Source: Phoronis australis
Lineage: Eukaryota; Animalia; Phoronida
DNA: 64,000 nucleotides
Direction of reading: 5' to 3'
NCBI GenBank assembly: GCA_002633005.1
Contig: NMRA01000065.1
Span: 116,043 to 180,042 of the forward strand
Shown here: one piece after another, positions 50,338 through 62,882 of the stretch
Numbering within the stretch: position 1 is the first letter of the stretch
Layout: each line of letters starts with the position of its first letter
Made by a program: the position numbers and the translations under genes
The notes under the pieces: generated by a model
The model's input: only the letters and a program-made list of their open reading frames with translations
Databases searched by the model: none
What the model was told of the DNA's origin: nothing

Positions 50338-51020
50338 TGATGTAATACGTTTACAAGAGAATAGTTGGGAACATTCTAGAAGTTTCTACTATGTAACTGT
50401 TTAAAGTAATCTGGAACATTTCAGGGCCTAGTGTATGTTTGTAGATTGATTGGGGAAATTCAGGAAAGTTCTAGAATGTGCTTGAATTGGTGAAAAGTCC
50501 TAGAACATTGAAAGAGACCATGAACACCCAAGCAGGGGTTAGTAACAGTCAGTTGAATTAGTTGCAGGTGGAGTTACAATTAAGGTCAGTTGAAGTTATG
50601 GATGAGTTGCAGTGAAGGGAATCAGTAGTTACAACGTCAGATAATAGACAACTACACGTAGATTTAGCGATAGCAGGATAATGAATCAACAAGTGTAACA
50701 GTTGTTGGACTGTGTCTCAGAAGTCCACCACAAGTCAAGGCTTCGCAGCATTAGATGGAGCATAGAACACAAAAGTCTTCGGACAATTTGTTTGAGTGGA
50801 CTAGTGATTGTACTGTTGAGATTAATAGAGTCTCCAGTCTATCGTTGCACCGAAAGCTACTGGCACCGGTTGGCAACAATCTGCACCAATCCGTCAAACG
50901 GCATGAAATCCATTCCAATATTTGCCATGTGATGTTAATGAATAAAGACTCTTCTCTGTAGCACGTGATTAGATTGAGAACAAAAAGCGTCTTCAGCTTC
51001 TGATCGTCCCCAATGCATCA
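50338..51020 (+). mobile_element. Possible solo LTR
   Basis: TGATG...CATCA inverted ends, repeated gaacattctagaa-type motifs, AATAAA at 50941; no TSD found. Confidence 0.35.
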
Positions 51021-51051
51021 TACGTGCTATCAGGTATGAAACTCCGGACTA

Positions 51052-54000
51052 TAGGAATTCCGTGGGTGCTTCACTTCAGCGGTCTATTTGAAACACAATT
51101 AAAACCTCAATAAATTTACATAAAACAGTGGTTCAACAAACCACAAGCAATTGTTCTTTCTTCTGATAGCATTTGTAGCCTCTTGCCTTAGCGAAGTCGC
51201 AATAACTTCCCGATCAAAAGACAATAATCTTCCAAATCGCAGACTCGTCGCAATTGCCTTGTGGGTCACGTGATTTAGCACGGGAATGGGGCTATTCGGA
51301 AAATCTGCAATAACTAGAGGGCGTGCGTGTACTAGTGGTGATAGATTAACAGCCTCGATTTCGCGAGCCCTTTAAATACATGGTGAAATGGCTTGCAGCC
51401 GTGCCAACTGAATCTGAGATTGCGTAAAAAGGGTGCTTCTATGAGAGGAAGTAAGCACGACCTCATACAAAGGTAAGGTTTGTGATTATTTTAACGATTA
51501 TTCCATGATTATTCTACCGATGCCTGTTAACTGAGGCACTCGCCGATGTCGACTTCGCGGCAGTCAGTCGCCAGCCAGAGTCTGGTTAATCTTTGTATGT
51601 TGTGATATGTGATACGATACTTGACGTAGCAATCGGGATCTTTTCGTACATCAAAGCATTATTATTGTTTGGAATGATTTCTAAAAGTTTATCAGTGACA
51701 GTTACATCAATCAATGCTGAATGTTTATGCTGTCAACTCGATACAGGTTAATGAGTTAAGATTACAATCCAATCCCAATGGCAAAGGGTACGTGAGTGAT
51801 AAATATCCATTGCATTAGACTATTTGTTTACTCCCTATCATATGTCTTCTGGAAATCTATTACACGTTGAAATGGAAATCTATCACGTCAGTTTTCACGT
51901 AACCTTTGGTTTTTAGGTTTGAAGGCTTGTACCGTGCAGAGGAGATATGCATCGCTTCTGCACCGTCCCTGAATGGACAAAAATTGGTTTTTAGCATTTG
52001 ACTGCAGCTAACCAACAAGATCTTCCCATCCAGTGCAGATCTGTTGTCAAAGCCTACTTTCAATATTGGAGACAACGAACAAAGCCTTTGAAAAGGAACA
52101 GCTATTTTTAAAGTCATTTTGTTAAATTACTTATTCAGGTCCCGAGGGGGGATTGGCATGGGGGGTTGTAATATTTGGTACAACTGAATGTGTGGAAATA
52201 ACAGGTAATACATGTTTGGGGAAAAGAGCATGGTGAGGTAATTCTTAACCTTCACGAAGTCCCTTCAAGTTGATTTCATGAAACTGTTTTGCTACTTGTA
52301 TCAATTGTAAAACCACGAAAATATATTACATTTTCCGAATTCACAGTGACTGAATAGTCTTAACTCATGCCTTGAAATGTTGCAAGTCGTTATAAATTCA
52401 AATGACTGCCATTTTTGTGAAAATTGCATTTTTGATGGTGCCTTACGATTTGTAATTACTCTTAAACAACAGAAAGATTATCCATCATTTTTAAATGACC
52501 CAAGTCTTCATATCTTCTATTAGAAGAAAAACGGTTCCCTCAACCTTAGGCTAGAAGTATGCTTGACAGACCCATGAACCTGTAATCTGAGTTTAAAATT
52601 GCTGAAAGTATCAAAATTAAAAAGGCTTGAAAATGGGTAACAAAGGTTTGAAGTTGTCTCAAAAAACTTGTATATTTTACAGACAAGTGATGCGTTTAAA
52701 GAATTGTTATGGCTAGGGATAAAAAATAAAGACACAGTTTTATGCAATACTCATTATATACACCCTTGGTTTCTGAAAATAGTAATTATTTACTTTTATG
52801 TGAAACTGTAGACCAATCACCATATATTTTTGAAAAACAGGGATAACATTTTTGATCCAATCTGGAGTACTTAATTATTCATATTTCAATATTTGTTCCA
52901 GGTTCAGTGACATTTTAAGGCCACTTCAAGCTGTATCATAGACAAGCTTTGTTACTCCGTTCTCTTCCCACAGCACTTCCACACACCAGCAGTGCTGCAT
53001 GGCACAATGTGCAAGTCAGTGGCCCTGGAGAAATGTGAATCGCAGTACTAAGTTACCATAAGACAATGTGCCAGTGGAGTGTCTGTGTATCCAGACGAAC
53101 TATATCTGACTGCTACACAAATAAGCCTTGTTGGTGAGGATGCCCTTTCATAGGCAATGAGTCATGTGTGGACAATAGCTTATTTCCTTTCCTGGAAGAA
53201 ACATGAGGGACTGAAGCTAAAGAAGACCTAGTCACACTCTGGTCTAGTTCAGAGTCTGATTTTGGGCTCGAAACGATTCAAGTGATATGCTGCTGTGTTT
53301 ACCTTCAAGGGTCTAATTGTGGATGTTATTGAGGCTGAATGAGGTTACATGAAAGAAAGCCACGTGTTGAAACTGGACCTTTTTTACAAGCGCTTCTATA
53401 GGCCATTGAAACTAGAACCCAGTGAAATGAAAGCCAAAAGCTGAGTGACATTAAATTTTCCTTTCAGAAGAAAGGCTTTATACTATTGGTAAAAACTTTT
53501 CAATTTGGTACAGATTATGGGGAAATGACATTCAGTGACTGCATCGATTGTCTTATTGTATGTTTTCAATTGTAGCTAGCTGGATAAGAATCTGCTATGC
53601 ACAAGATTCGAGAATAAACAATTATCAGTGTATTTAAAAACAAATGGCAAACTGAAAAAGCACAGAAAGAAACAACATTGCGAGGGAGTCCATAATCAGG
53701 CATATCAGGTGCTGAATTTCTGAATTACGTTCAATTCTCTCAGGTTATTGCTGAAGGATTGCTTTTCACTTTGTCCAACGGTGAAATAGATGGTCAGGCG
53801 GTTGGTTTCAGTTGTTTTTTCTTGCCTGTAACAGAATAGAAATATTAGCAAATTGTAAAAGAAAAGACAAGACAAAACTACTTTTGTAAGGCAGAACATA
53901 CTTGACATTTCATCTTCATGTTTATGTGTAGAAACTAATAACCTTTGTACCCAAGTCTTATTTAATATCTGAATTAAAATATGTGAAACAGGCTAAAAGT

Positions 54001-55178
54001 GATTTAACAATGTGTATTTTTCATGACACTTAAAATGTGCTTCTGATCTCAACAAGTAAAATTCATTCTAGGTGTCAATTTTTTTCCAATGCAATGTTAC
54101 GACATTTACTGAATTAAGGCTTATTCATGTTAATTCGATAACTGAGCTGGTGGTCCTGGGGGTGGGGTCCACGATAAAATAAGGAAACTCACTCATCTAG
54201 AGAATTTTATTGGAAACAGCATAGTTTTGAAGAGAAACTGCTGTGAAAAAGTCACTCTTGACTTCTGTGCATCACGTACCATACACCTCTTATTTTGGGA
54301 GCACTCCCACCCAGGACAATATGAATATGTGCTGCTAGCCTACCCGGCATCGGGTGAGTTTCCAAAAAGAAACACTTAGTTCCACTCAATAAAACTGTTA
54401 TTCAGTGGGGTAACTGGTGGGGATAACATCACCGAACGATGTTGATAGAAACTGATTGCTAAAAACTTACCAAGTAATGTTGTGTAGTCTCCGAATGGAA
54501 CTGCATAGTCATAGAGCACACACGGGGCTTCAGCATCCACACACTTTTTATCAGTTAGTTGACCCTGTTGACCGCAATTGTCCACGAATATAGTAACCTT
54601 AGGTCTTTTGGGAATTTGTGGCCACCTGTCGAAGACTTGCACCAGGGAAATTAGCAGTAATAAGGCTTAGCGCGACGACGTATTTTGATAAAAATTCCAT
54701 CTTTTACCATTTGTTTACATGCAGACAGCCACGCATGCGCAATTCAATCACCACTAGTACAGCAGCGACACCGCGAGGAGAATTCTCCGAATAGCCCCAT
54801 TCTCCGAATAGCCCCATTCTCCGAATAGCCCCATTGTCGATTTGCCACGGAATGTCAAACCATCATTAACTCCATACTCAGCCATCATTTCGCAATCTTT
54901 CGTGATGAACAGCCAGTTGCCGTTATCTATCGGTAACTCATCGAGGAATTCGTTACCGTAATTGACCCAAAGACCTCTCTACGGTCTCTGCTTGGCGTTT
55001 TGGAAGATTGTGTGGTTTGATCGCAAATTGGTTGCAAACTGGCTAGACCAGGAAGCTGTAAAAGCCACCAGAAGAAACAGCAATTGCATAAGGTTTGCTG
55101 AATCCTTGTCTTGTGTAAATTTATTGAGTTTTGTGTTTCATATGGACGGCTGAATTGAAGCACCCGCAGAATTCCTAG
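51052..55178. mobile_element. Older long-TIR (foldback/MITE) element split by transposon copy 2
   Basis: 51052-51270 is a diverged inverted copy of ~54960-55178 (taggaattc..gggtgcttca.ttcagc...tgaaacacaa...ctcaataaatttac). Confidence 0.7.
51288..54798. mobile_element. Non-autonomous AT-TSD (ISL2EU-like) transposon, copy 2 (~3.5 kb)
   Basis: AT|GGGGCTATTCGGA ... TCCGAATAGCCCC|AT; the terminal 17-mer is repeated three times (54784-54834). Confidence 0.82.
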
Positions 55179-55321
55179 TTGCAAGTGGCATAACTTGTAT
55201 TATGCATATGCAGTGTACTGTGGAGGATCAGAGGCTTAGGACAACTATGGTTTTATCTACACGAGAACGTGGTGTTACTTTTTCGCCAGTTCCACCAAAT
55301 CCATGGATGGTATGTGTTTAC

Positions 55322-55501
55322 CTTTACACAACTGCTTCACCTTACAATGCTGGACAATCTTCTGCTTCCTGGGCATTGGGCAAGGCTTTCCTTTGTACTT
55401 AGGCTCATGACATATTTTGTACCTTGCTCTTGTCGAGTTGGGACCGCACGTTGCCGAGCACGCGGTCCATGTAGTCCATGTGTACGTGGCTTCAAAATCC
55501 C
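55322..55501 (-). CDS. Gene B TSP1 exon
   Basis: GDFEATYTWTTWTACSATCGPNSTRARYKICHEPKYKGKPCPMPRKQKIVQHCKVKQLCK; catacag|...AAG|gtaaac; 180 nt, phase 1-1. Confidence 0.85.
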
Positions 55502-56288
55502 CTGTATGGTTCAATGCCTATGATTAATCCTCCTTCGTAATAAAAATGAAGATTGTGCTACTTAAGTTGGAAAATTGTGAAAAAAACATCAGAGTTTAAT
55601 ACACTGTAACCAAGATGTCCTTAGTATCTGTTTTTGTACATTCATAGATTCATGTAATATTCGTATTGCTTTTTACTGCAACATTTCAAAGTTAATCAAT
55701 TTAAATGTTGTGAGCATTAATACCTACATAGTCAAAGTTTCCGACGTTAATCGATAAGGAAAGATTTTCAACAGGGTGACTATATACACGTTTAAGACTA
55801 TAATTTTTATGGTAACAGGTGTCTATGTGATATAACGTCAGCACTATTTTTCAACTAGAATTCTGAAATTTCCCCCCCCATGACCTTGAAAATGAGGTAA
55901 ATGTCTCCAATTACGATTGGCGCCCGTAGATGCCCACCTAGCGCAACCCGCATTTTCTCAACAGGACTCTTAAATTTCTCATTTTCAGGAAAACTAAAAT
56001 TTCTCTCTATGACCTTGAAAATGAGGTAACGGTCTCCAAGCTCGATTGGCGCCGTAAATGACCACCTAGATCTCGGTAAAAACATGAAAAAAAATCTATT
56101 TTGAGATATATTAGCGCAACCAGCACATTCCCATAAGGACTCTTAATAATTGCAGGCGGTCTGATACACGCGCAGGCCTCGCATGTGGGCCCATTGCACT
56201 GATCACCTGGAAATATTTTTATGCTTTATTAATATGTGGTTAAAACCGAGCTGAGGAGCTAGAAACCTGGCTCAATGATTTAGCAGTG

Positions 56289-56361
56289 TGACATGGTGGG
56301 ATTCGAACCCACGACCTCGAGGCATGAAAGCGCGTACTTATCAACCAGGCCACACTGCCTC
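56289..56361 (-). mobile_element. tRNA-derived SINE head or tRNA pseudogene
   Basis: A-box-like TGGCCTGGTTG and B-box GGTTCGAATCC in a perfect T-arm GTGGG-TTCGAAT-CCCAC; acceptor and anticodon stems are imperfect. Confidence 0.6.
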
Positions 56362-57944
56362 CTCAAAAGGACTCTTAAATTCCTCATTATTATTTTGAGA
56401 ACGAGGCCAAGGTTTCCAAAACCAACTGTAAAAATTTTCCTTCTTCAATTGAGCCAACATTTTCCAACTCAAAAATGGTTTTCTACTTGTAACTTTGAAA
56501 GTGAAGTCAAGGTCCACAAATTCCACTGGCGCTTTGAGATGACTCCCCTGCACAATTGATCTTATAATAATGCGCCAACAACATTTTCCAAGCCGAATTA
56601 TAAAATTTCCACAGCCAAAACCCGTGCAGCTGTCGCGGAATAACTAACTTATAAAACATTTGAATATGATTTTTACACCAAAAAACATGAAGACATTGGG
56701 TGTGACTTCATTAAACATTTTTTAGAATTTATTAAGAAATATTCTTTGTCTTAGATTGTTCACATCAACTTAACTTATTTCACACTCCCAAAAATATAAC
56801 GTGATCGCCATCTAATGAAATGCAGCTTGGCGTTGAAGTGCGACGCTGTTTGAGCTAAAATAGGTCCAAAACGAAGACTGTGACCCTATACTTGTTTTTG
56901 TTATAGTGACAGAAAACGCAATGGGTATAAAAATGAAGCATGAAAGAAAAATAACCCGGTGTAAATTTTTGCGCAGAAACCAAAACGGTGAAGTTAGAGG
57001 TACTCAAGATCCAGGAAAAACGTTATCTTACGCCGACACAAGAAAGTTAGCAAACTAGGAAATAGACTAAACGCTGTTAAAATATAAAACTGAGATCGCA
57101 CAACAAAGTCGTTTTCAAAAGAATTCATTGACTTAAATAAAGGTGTCTTCTAAGTAACCATTTAACTTTCACAATTTTTGCAGAGGTACCTTCGTGGTTG
57201 TAACGAAAATACCAATTCGGTGACCTCAAATGTTTGCAGATTTGTAGGCTAAAAATATAAAAATTCAAAAAATAATAGTGTATTAAAACTGTGTCGAACG
57301 CGCTTAATAAAATGTTCATCTATTAAATTTTGGTAAAGTTGCGTTAAATGAACAGTCTAGGCATTTAAGATTTCCGAAAATTCCTCATTAATGATTTAAA
57401 TTAATTAAATCCCAATGCTTACGAAAACAGGGGGGTATAGTACACGGCGACCTAATATTTGTTCCATTTAGTGTGCAAGTCGGCGGTGACGCCATCTCGC
57501 GTACGCCTTTTCGGTTACAAGACTTCTTGCAAGCCCGACCCCTGTAGTCCACGAAAACCTTTTTTGCCTCAAAGTCTTCATCACCAAGCCGAAAACATTC
57601 TGAAAAGTCACGTTAATGATAAGTGACTGTACTTCGGGAGCAAGTTTTCGGTTATACGGAATTTGTTAAATGCACGACACTTTTCATTGTTCACAATCTT
57701 TATTCTGTTACGTTCGTACTTTCGGAACAAAACTCTACTCTCAACTGAACATAGATACAGTAACTGACCTAGCGACATAATTAAAAGACACACGATATTT
57801 CGAAACATGCTTGTTTCATTCTCAAGTAAAGATAAAATGACGCAGTAATGCCACCACAGAGTATAAGCTGACGACGTACACATTGAGACACGGCGGGTGT
57901 GAAATACTGCGAAGAATGACTAATGAATGGGGGTAACAGGAAAG

Positions 57945-59153
57945 TCACGCAAACAAGTGTAACGTGCGGCGGGACCCTGTTTGCTGCTCATTCAAAACAG
58001 GTTTCTCAAATGCAATCAAAAGGGACTCTAATACTTTCAAACGCAGCGCATCTTGCTCCACGTAGCGAATTGACGTGTTTTTCACAATTTCTTGACGGGT
58101 GATTTTACGTGCGTGGCATTGCAGAAAATGATCTTGAATGGTGCCATTTTGAAAATGCATGGATAACCGACGGGAAAGACTGCAAACCGTTTGACCAATG
58201 TAACATTGTTTGACGTTTGAACGAAGACATTCGTTCATAGGGCATACAAACTCATAAACAACACTACACTGTGCAACTTGGCGGACTTTCGCTTTAGAAA
58301 TGTTATTTTTCATGACCAAGTTGGAGGACTTTCTATTCCGATAATAAATAATAACATCGAGGTAATCATCAGGCTTACAAACTTTAACATTGTCCCTTAT
58401 AATTTTCTTAATGGCGTGTTCGTCCTGGAGGTAATTATTAGACATGACATTTTTGTAGAATATCTTTTATGTGACACCGGTCCGACGTGCAGGGACTTCA
58501 TAGCTAATTCTGGACACAAATCGCTTAACATGGAAATTCACAAAAGCATTGGTATACCCATTATTCACCAGTGTTTGTCTTATGCGATCTACCTCTTGAT
58601 TGAACAATAGCCAGTTGGACGACACCGAATACGCCCTCTTTAGGAAGTTGGCCACAACGGCGACCTTATACCGCTCAGGGCACCCACTTATTGCGTGGAG
58701 ACAGAAACCTTTATCAGTAGGCTTGCGGTAAACTGATGTAGAAAATTCAGATGGAGAATGGTTCACAAGAACGTCCAAAAACGGAATCTTGTCATTTACA
58801 GGAAGCTCGTGGGTAAACTTCAATTCAGAGTGAAGCTCAAGTTCATCACGTAATGATAACAAGTCATCAAAGGCACAATAAACAAAAATATCATCTACAT
58901 AACGTACACATGTACAGATAGGAATACCAACGATCACATTGCTAGCCCTTTTTTCCACTTCAGACATATAGAATTCCGGGAAAGTGGGACCCAGAGGAGA
59001 GCCCATGCTCAAACCATCATTTTGCAAAAACAATTTCCCATTTGTATGGCGAAATAGTACTTTGGTTGTGCAGATGGTTAACAACTCTCTCATACATGTA
59101 CGAGTTGGTGAAATGTCGGGTGGCTTTAAATGTGGGTGACGGTATACACTATG
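57945..59153 (-). mobile_element. Truncated Penelope-like retroelement (RT + GIY-YIG endonuclease), frameshifted near 58450-58470
   Basis: QNDGLSMGSPLGP, RYVDD, IPFLDV, VYRKPT (RT); VVYEFVCP...YIGQT...LSRR...H...LESLLI...PVLN (GIY-YIG). Confidence 0.92.
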
Positions 59154-60127
59154 ATAAGCAAGTAGGTTTGCAGTACGCGAGAAAAGGAATAAATATTCCT
59201 GGCCGAACCTTCACAGCATTTGATCATGAAAGTTGGAAGCCCACAGCAGTAAAATCCTGTTGTTTCTGCAGTAAATATGTTAGCAAAGGAGAACGTAAGT
59301 GTAAAAATCAGCCGTTAGAGTTTAAATGTGTGAGAAAACTTGATAAACCACCATAGAGCTCCCTTGACCATGCAATGGAAAGCACGGATTGTAGATGAGA
59401 CGGAAGGACCTACAAATGTAAAGGGTGGCGAGAAACGAGATGGACGGAGTTGTGATGGAAAGAACAGATTATTTTTTCATTTTCCCCTAAAACATTCCAA
59501 TTTGAATAAATTCATTGTCATCTACATATTGCGACAGGCACAGTTACAAAAATAACAATGGAATGCCATTGTTTGACTGTCACAGTGAGTTTAAATAACG
59601 GTATACGCCCGCACGAAATAAAAAAAACAGAAATACGAATTTCTTAAAAACAATTACTTTTTGGATCACCATTTCATACACTTGGTGTGGCAATACATCC
59701 AACAAAGACTCTAATTTCACTACCTAGCCACACCTTTCCATCACAATATCATTCTTCCCTTCGCAATCTGGGTTCTTTGCTGCATGACTAGAAGCCAGCA
59801 GCGAGAATTGGCGAATTGCAATATTATCGCAGGTGTTTTACTGTGGTCAAAGGTAATAACTTCAAGACGTCAACCTCAGAAAAAAACGAAATTGCTAGAC
59901 AAAGCAAGTTAAAGTTGTACTCTCAGTGTTAGCAAGTTGAAAGCTGATATTGTCTTTGTAAATACTGAAAACATTCGAGTGGGTCAGATACTTTTGTATC
60001 TATGACCACTCAAACTTAGGGTTACGACTTTGTGTCCTTCCCCATGCAGTCAGGAAACACTACCAATCATAAAACCTTCATAATACAATTGATCACATAA
60101 CACAATTGAATGTGATACAGGTATGTA

Positions 60128-61891
60128 TCAGGTGTCCCAAAAAGTGAGCCACTATTGACAAGTCATTTCTCAGCAACTGACGTAACCGAATTCGTTCAAA
60201 ATTTTCACAACGTGTCTTCGGGGTGTCATCAACAAGTCTACGAACTATCTCAGAGAAATATGGAAAATATGGAAGTACTGTGAAATTAAAAGAAGCGGGG
60301 TGAAAAATGCAATATCGCTGTGACTTACATCGTGTTATAGGATCTGCCAGACAAAAAAAATTGCCTGCCTGGGTATCAAATCCACTGTTTTTTATTGTCA
60401 GATCTGTATGCAAATCAATTCTGTCCAATATTCCGGTTTGTAAGGATATCTTTGAGTGAAAGTTGAAAGTGATAATTTACAATTGAAACCTGTTTCAAGG
60501 AAAAAGTGTGGAGCGGAAGGAGAGTAGTAAGGGAGTTCCCAGGAAAAGTGTGGAGTCGTGCGACTATAAATAGCATGTGCGCACCCAGCGTAATATATAG
60601 GCTCGAATTTTTAACAGTGTGGACCTTTTACTAACAAAAAACGGGGTACTAAAACGGGGTTCCACTGTCAGAGCTATGAATTGTGAATTCACGCCTTTGT
60701 ACTGGACTTTTGTCTCGTTTTCTCGACCTGTTTGTTTCGCTGAGTAGGATCTTTTTGTCCACTCCGCCAAATTGGGGGGGGGCTCCTTTGAGTCCCTCGA
60801 GACCCCCCCCGGTTCGCGCATGAATAGTCTTATTGCTAAAATCCGCAACATAGGGTCTGTTGCGTGTAAAAGTGGTAGTGAGAGACCCAAAACTGCATGT
60901 TCAAAAAAAAACAGGATCATGTTGAGGAACTAATTTAATCCAGGACAAACCGAGGAATTTCAAATCTCTGATAGAAGTCGCAAACGATTTACAAGTGAGC
61001 AAGTCTTCTGTCCAAAAAATGGCGAAAAAACTGGAATTAAAACCCTTCAAAAGAATGTGGGTATCACGGAGGGATCAAAATGTTACAAAGAAAAGAAAAA
61101 AAACTTGATGCTGCTACTTGCATGACCGCTGAAATGAAAAGAATCATTTTCACTAATGAAAAAGACTTTATGCTAGAAATCGCTAAAAATCTCCGAAACG
61201 ATCCTGTTTATGGGAAACAAAAACGAGATATTTAGCCTTCTCGACTCTATCATGAGACACCCAGAAAAAAAACAAATTTTACTGACACTGACAGAGCTAA
61301 AGTTAACAGTCAACGTTAAATGCTGTTATTGGACGAAAATCTTGTCCCGGATTGCAGGCGACTTTATCCTGGAAACAATTACGTGTTTCAGCAAGATGGG
61401 GCTCCTTCACACACGAGCAAGATAACCCAGGCTCATCTGGAGGAGGCCGCAACAAAATTCATCAAAAATGATGAGTGGGCTCCGCTCAGTCCTGACTGTA
61501 ATCCAGTGGACCATGTCATATGAGACTCTCTGAAGGGGAAAGTTTACCGGGGAATAAGAGGCAAATTGACTGAAAAAGAGTTAAAAGACAGGTCAATCAT
61601 GAAATCTCGATGGAAGAAATACGGAAAACTATTTCTGATTGGAAGAAACAGCTCCGTTTACTAATGGAGGAAGATGGAGGCCACATTGAGCATAGACTGA
61701 AATAAGCGAGCTTCCCTTGATGTTTTTAATTTAACAGTACTCGCACAATTAGACACAAATCTATTTCATATTTTGTGCATTTATTGATGATAGCATAAGG
61801 TTGATCTGTAAGAAATCTGAAAAAAATTGGTTCATCCGTTGCTGAGTAATAAATTACATGTCAATTATGGCTCACTTTTTCGGACACCTAA
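60128..61891 (+). mobile_element. Tc1/mariner DD37D (maT-like) element with a pseudogenised transposase
   Basis: TA-flanked TIRs TCAGGTGTCCCAAAAAGTGAGCCA / TGGCTCACTTTTTCGGACACCTAA; FQQDGAPSH...WAPLSPDCNPVD with 37 residues between the last two Asp; multiple stops. Confidence 0.9.
60594..60822. mobile_element. MITE with CATG termini and 5-bp TSD, nested in the mariner element
   Basis: AATAG|CATGTGCGCACCC...GGTTCGCGCATG|AATAG; subterminal poly-G/poly-C hairpin. Confidence 0.78.
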
Positions 61892-61979
61892 TATATGTAC
61901 ATAAAAATAAACTGAAATTGATGAATGATATGTCTTACAGAAGTATTTCTACTGTCCGGATGTCAGTGATTGGTCTTAC

Positions 61980-62195
61980 CTGGCCACCCTCTGAACACGG
62001 AAACTTTGCACAAAGTTAGAATGCGTGGAGTGTTCTTCACAATCTTTATTTCTACTTCGTGTCCTCTGAGACTCGTGTTACATCGCAAAAGTCGCACACC
62101 AACTGGGAACGCGCCGTGGAAGTGATAACATTCAAAGGGTGATCTCGGGTCCCCTTTCTTAATCACGGACACGGTAAAGTTCTCGAGGCTCTCGC
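61980..62195 (-). CDS. Gene B exon: C-terminal half of an F-type lectin (fucolectin / F5/8-type C fold)-like domain
   Basis: GESLENFTVSV...CYHF...CNTSLRGHEVEI...ILTLCKVSVF resembles ERLxNFxIxV...C...C...GRYVxI...LTLCEVEV; cattttag|...CAG|gtaaga; 216 nt, phase 1-1. Confidence 0.75.
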
Positions 62196-62606
62196 CTAAA
62201 ATGAAGATATTCTTATTCACGGAAGGCGCCATTCCGATAGGCACGTCAACTTGCAAATAGGAGCATAATTAAAGGCGAAGGCAACCTTTTCCCATGTCAT
62301 TTTGAGCTAAAATAAGGTTGGTTGGTTATCCTAGACATATTTTTCACTTAATTACAGCTTTTCGTAATTTCATTAATTACTCGTCCGCTTTTCCGGAAGT
62401 GACGTTTTAGGAGGCAAGCGCTTCCCGCCACTTGGTTTTGCGTTGAGCTTACTGTGCGAATCTGTTCTATTCTACTTTTGTTTTGTGCTGTTTTTCACCA
62501 ATTGTCGCCACCACTTTCCATCGGCGAGTATTCTGCGGCAAGATAGGTTAGTAGAGAACTCAACTGCGTTGGATTTAGGGATTGTTTAGTGTGTTGTAAG
62601 CTGAAA

Positions 62607-62882
62607 ATGGCTGGAGTCGGTGACCCGTATCACAGTGACAGTAGTGTGAGTGACGGAGACCTTGTTCACAGCAGTGGTGACGAGGAATTTCTTCACGGAC
62701 ATTCAGTGGGTGGGTACATGTTTGAGCCCGAGTACACCGAGGCAGAGTACACACAGGCACAGGCAGCTGTTGAGAGAAACGAGGCGGCTACTGAAGACAG
62801 ACGTGGTGACACATCTTGGTGCAAATGCCCTGTGTGCGTTGTTATGCCTACCTCAATTGAATGCTTGTGCTGTTCCGAGTTC
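62607..62882 (+). pseudogene. KolX-like protein N-terminal fragment (Cys-rich, P2X7 C-terminal-like)
   Basis: GYMFEPEY...WCKCPVCVVMPTSIECLCCSE, truncated at the deletion junction. Confidence 0.8.

Noticed and set aside
56289-56361. Functional tRNA gene
   Set aside because: Only the T-arm pairs well; the acceptor and anticodon stems are broken, so it is treated as a SINE head or pseudogene.
62196-62272. Kolobok apparently inserted into the lectin exon (QVD... frame)
   Set aside because: There is an in-frame TAA at the target site and a strong acceptor at 62196-62197, so the insertion is intronic.
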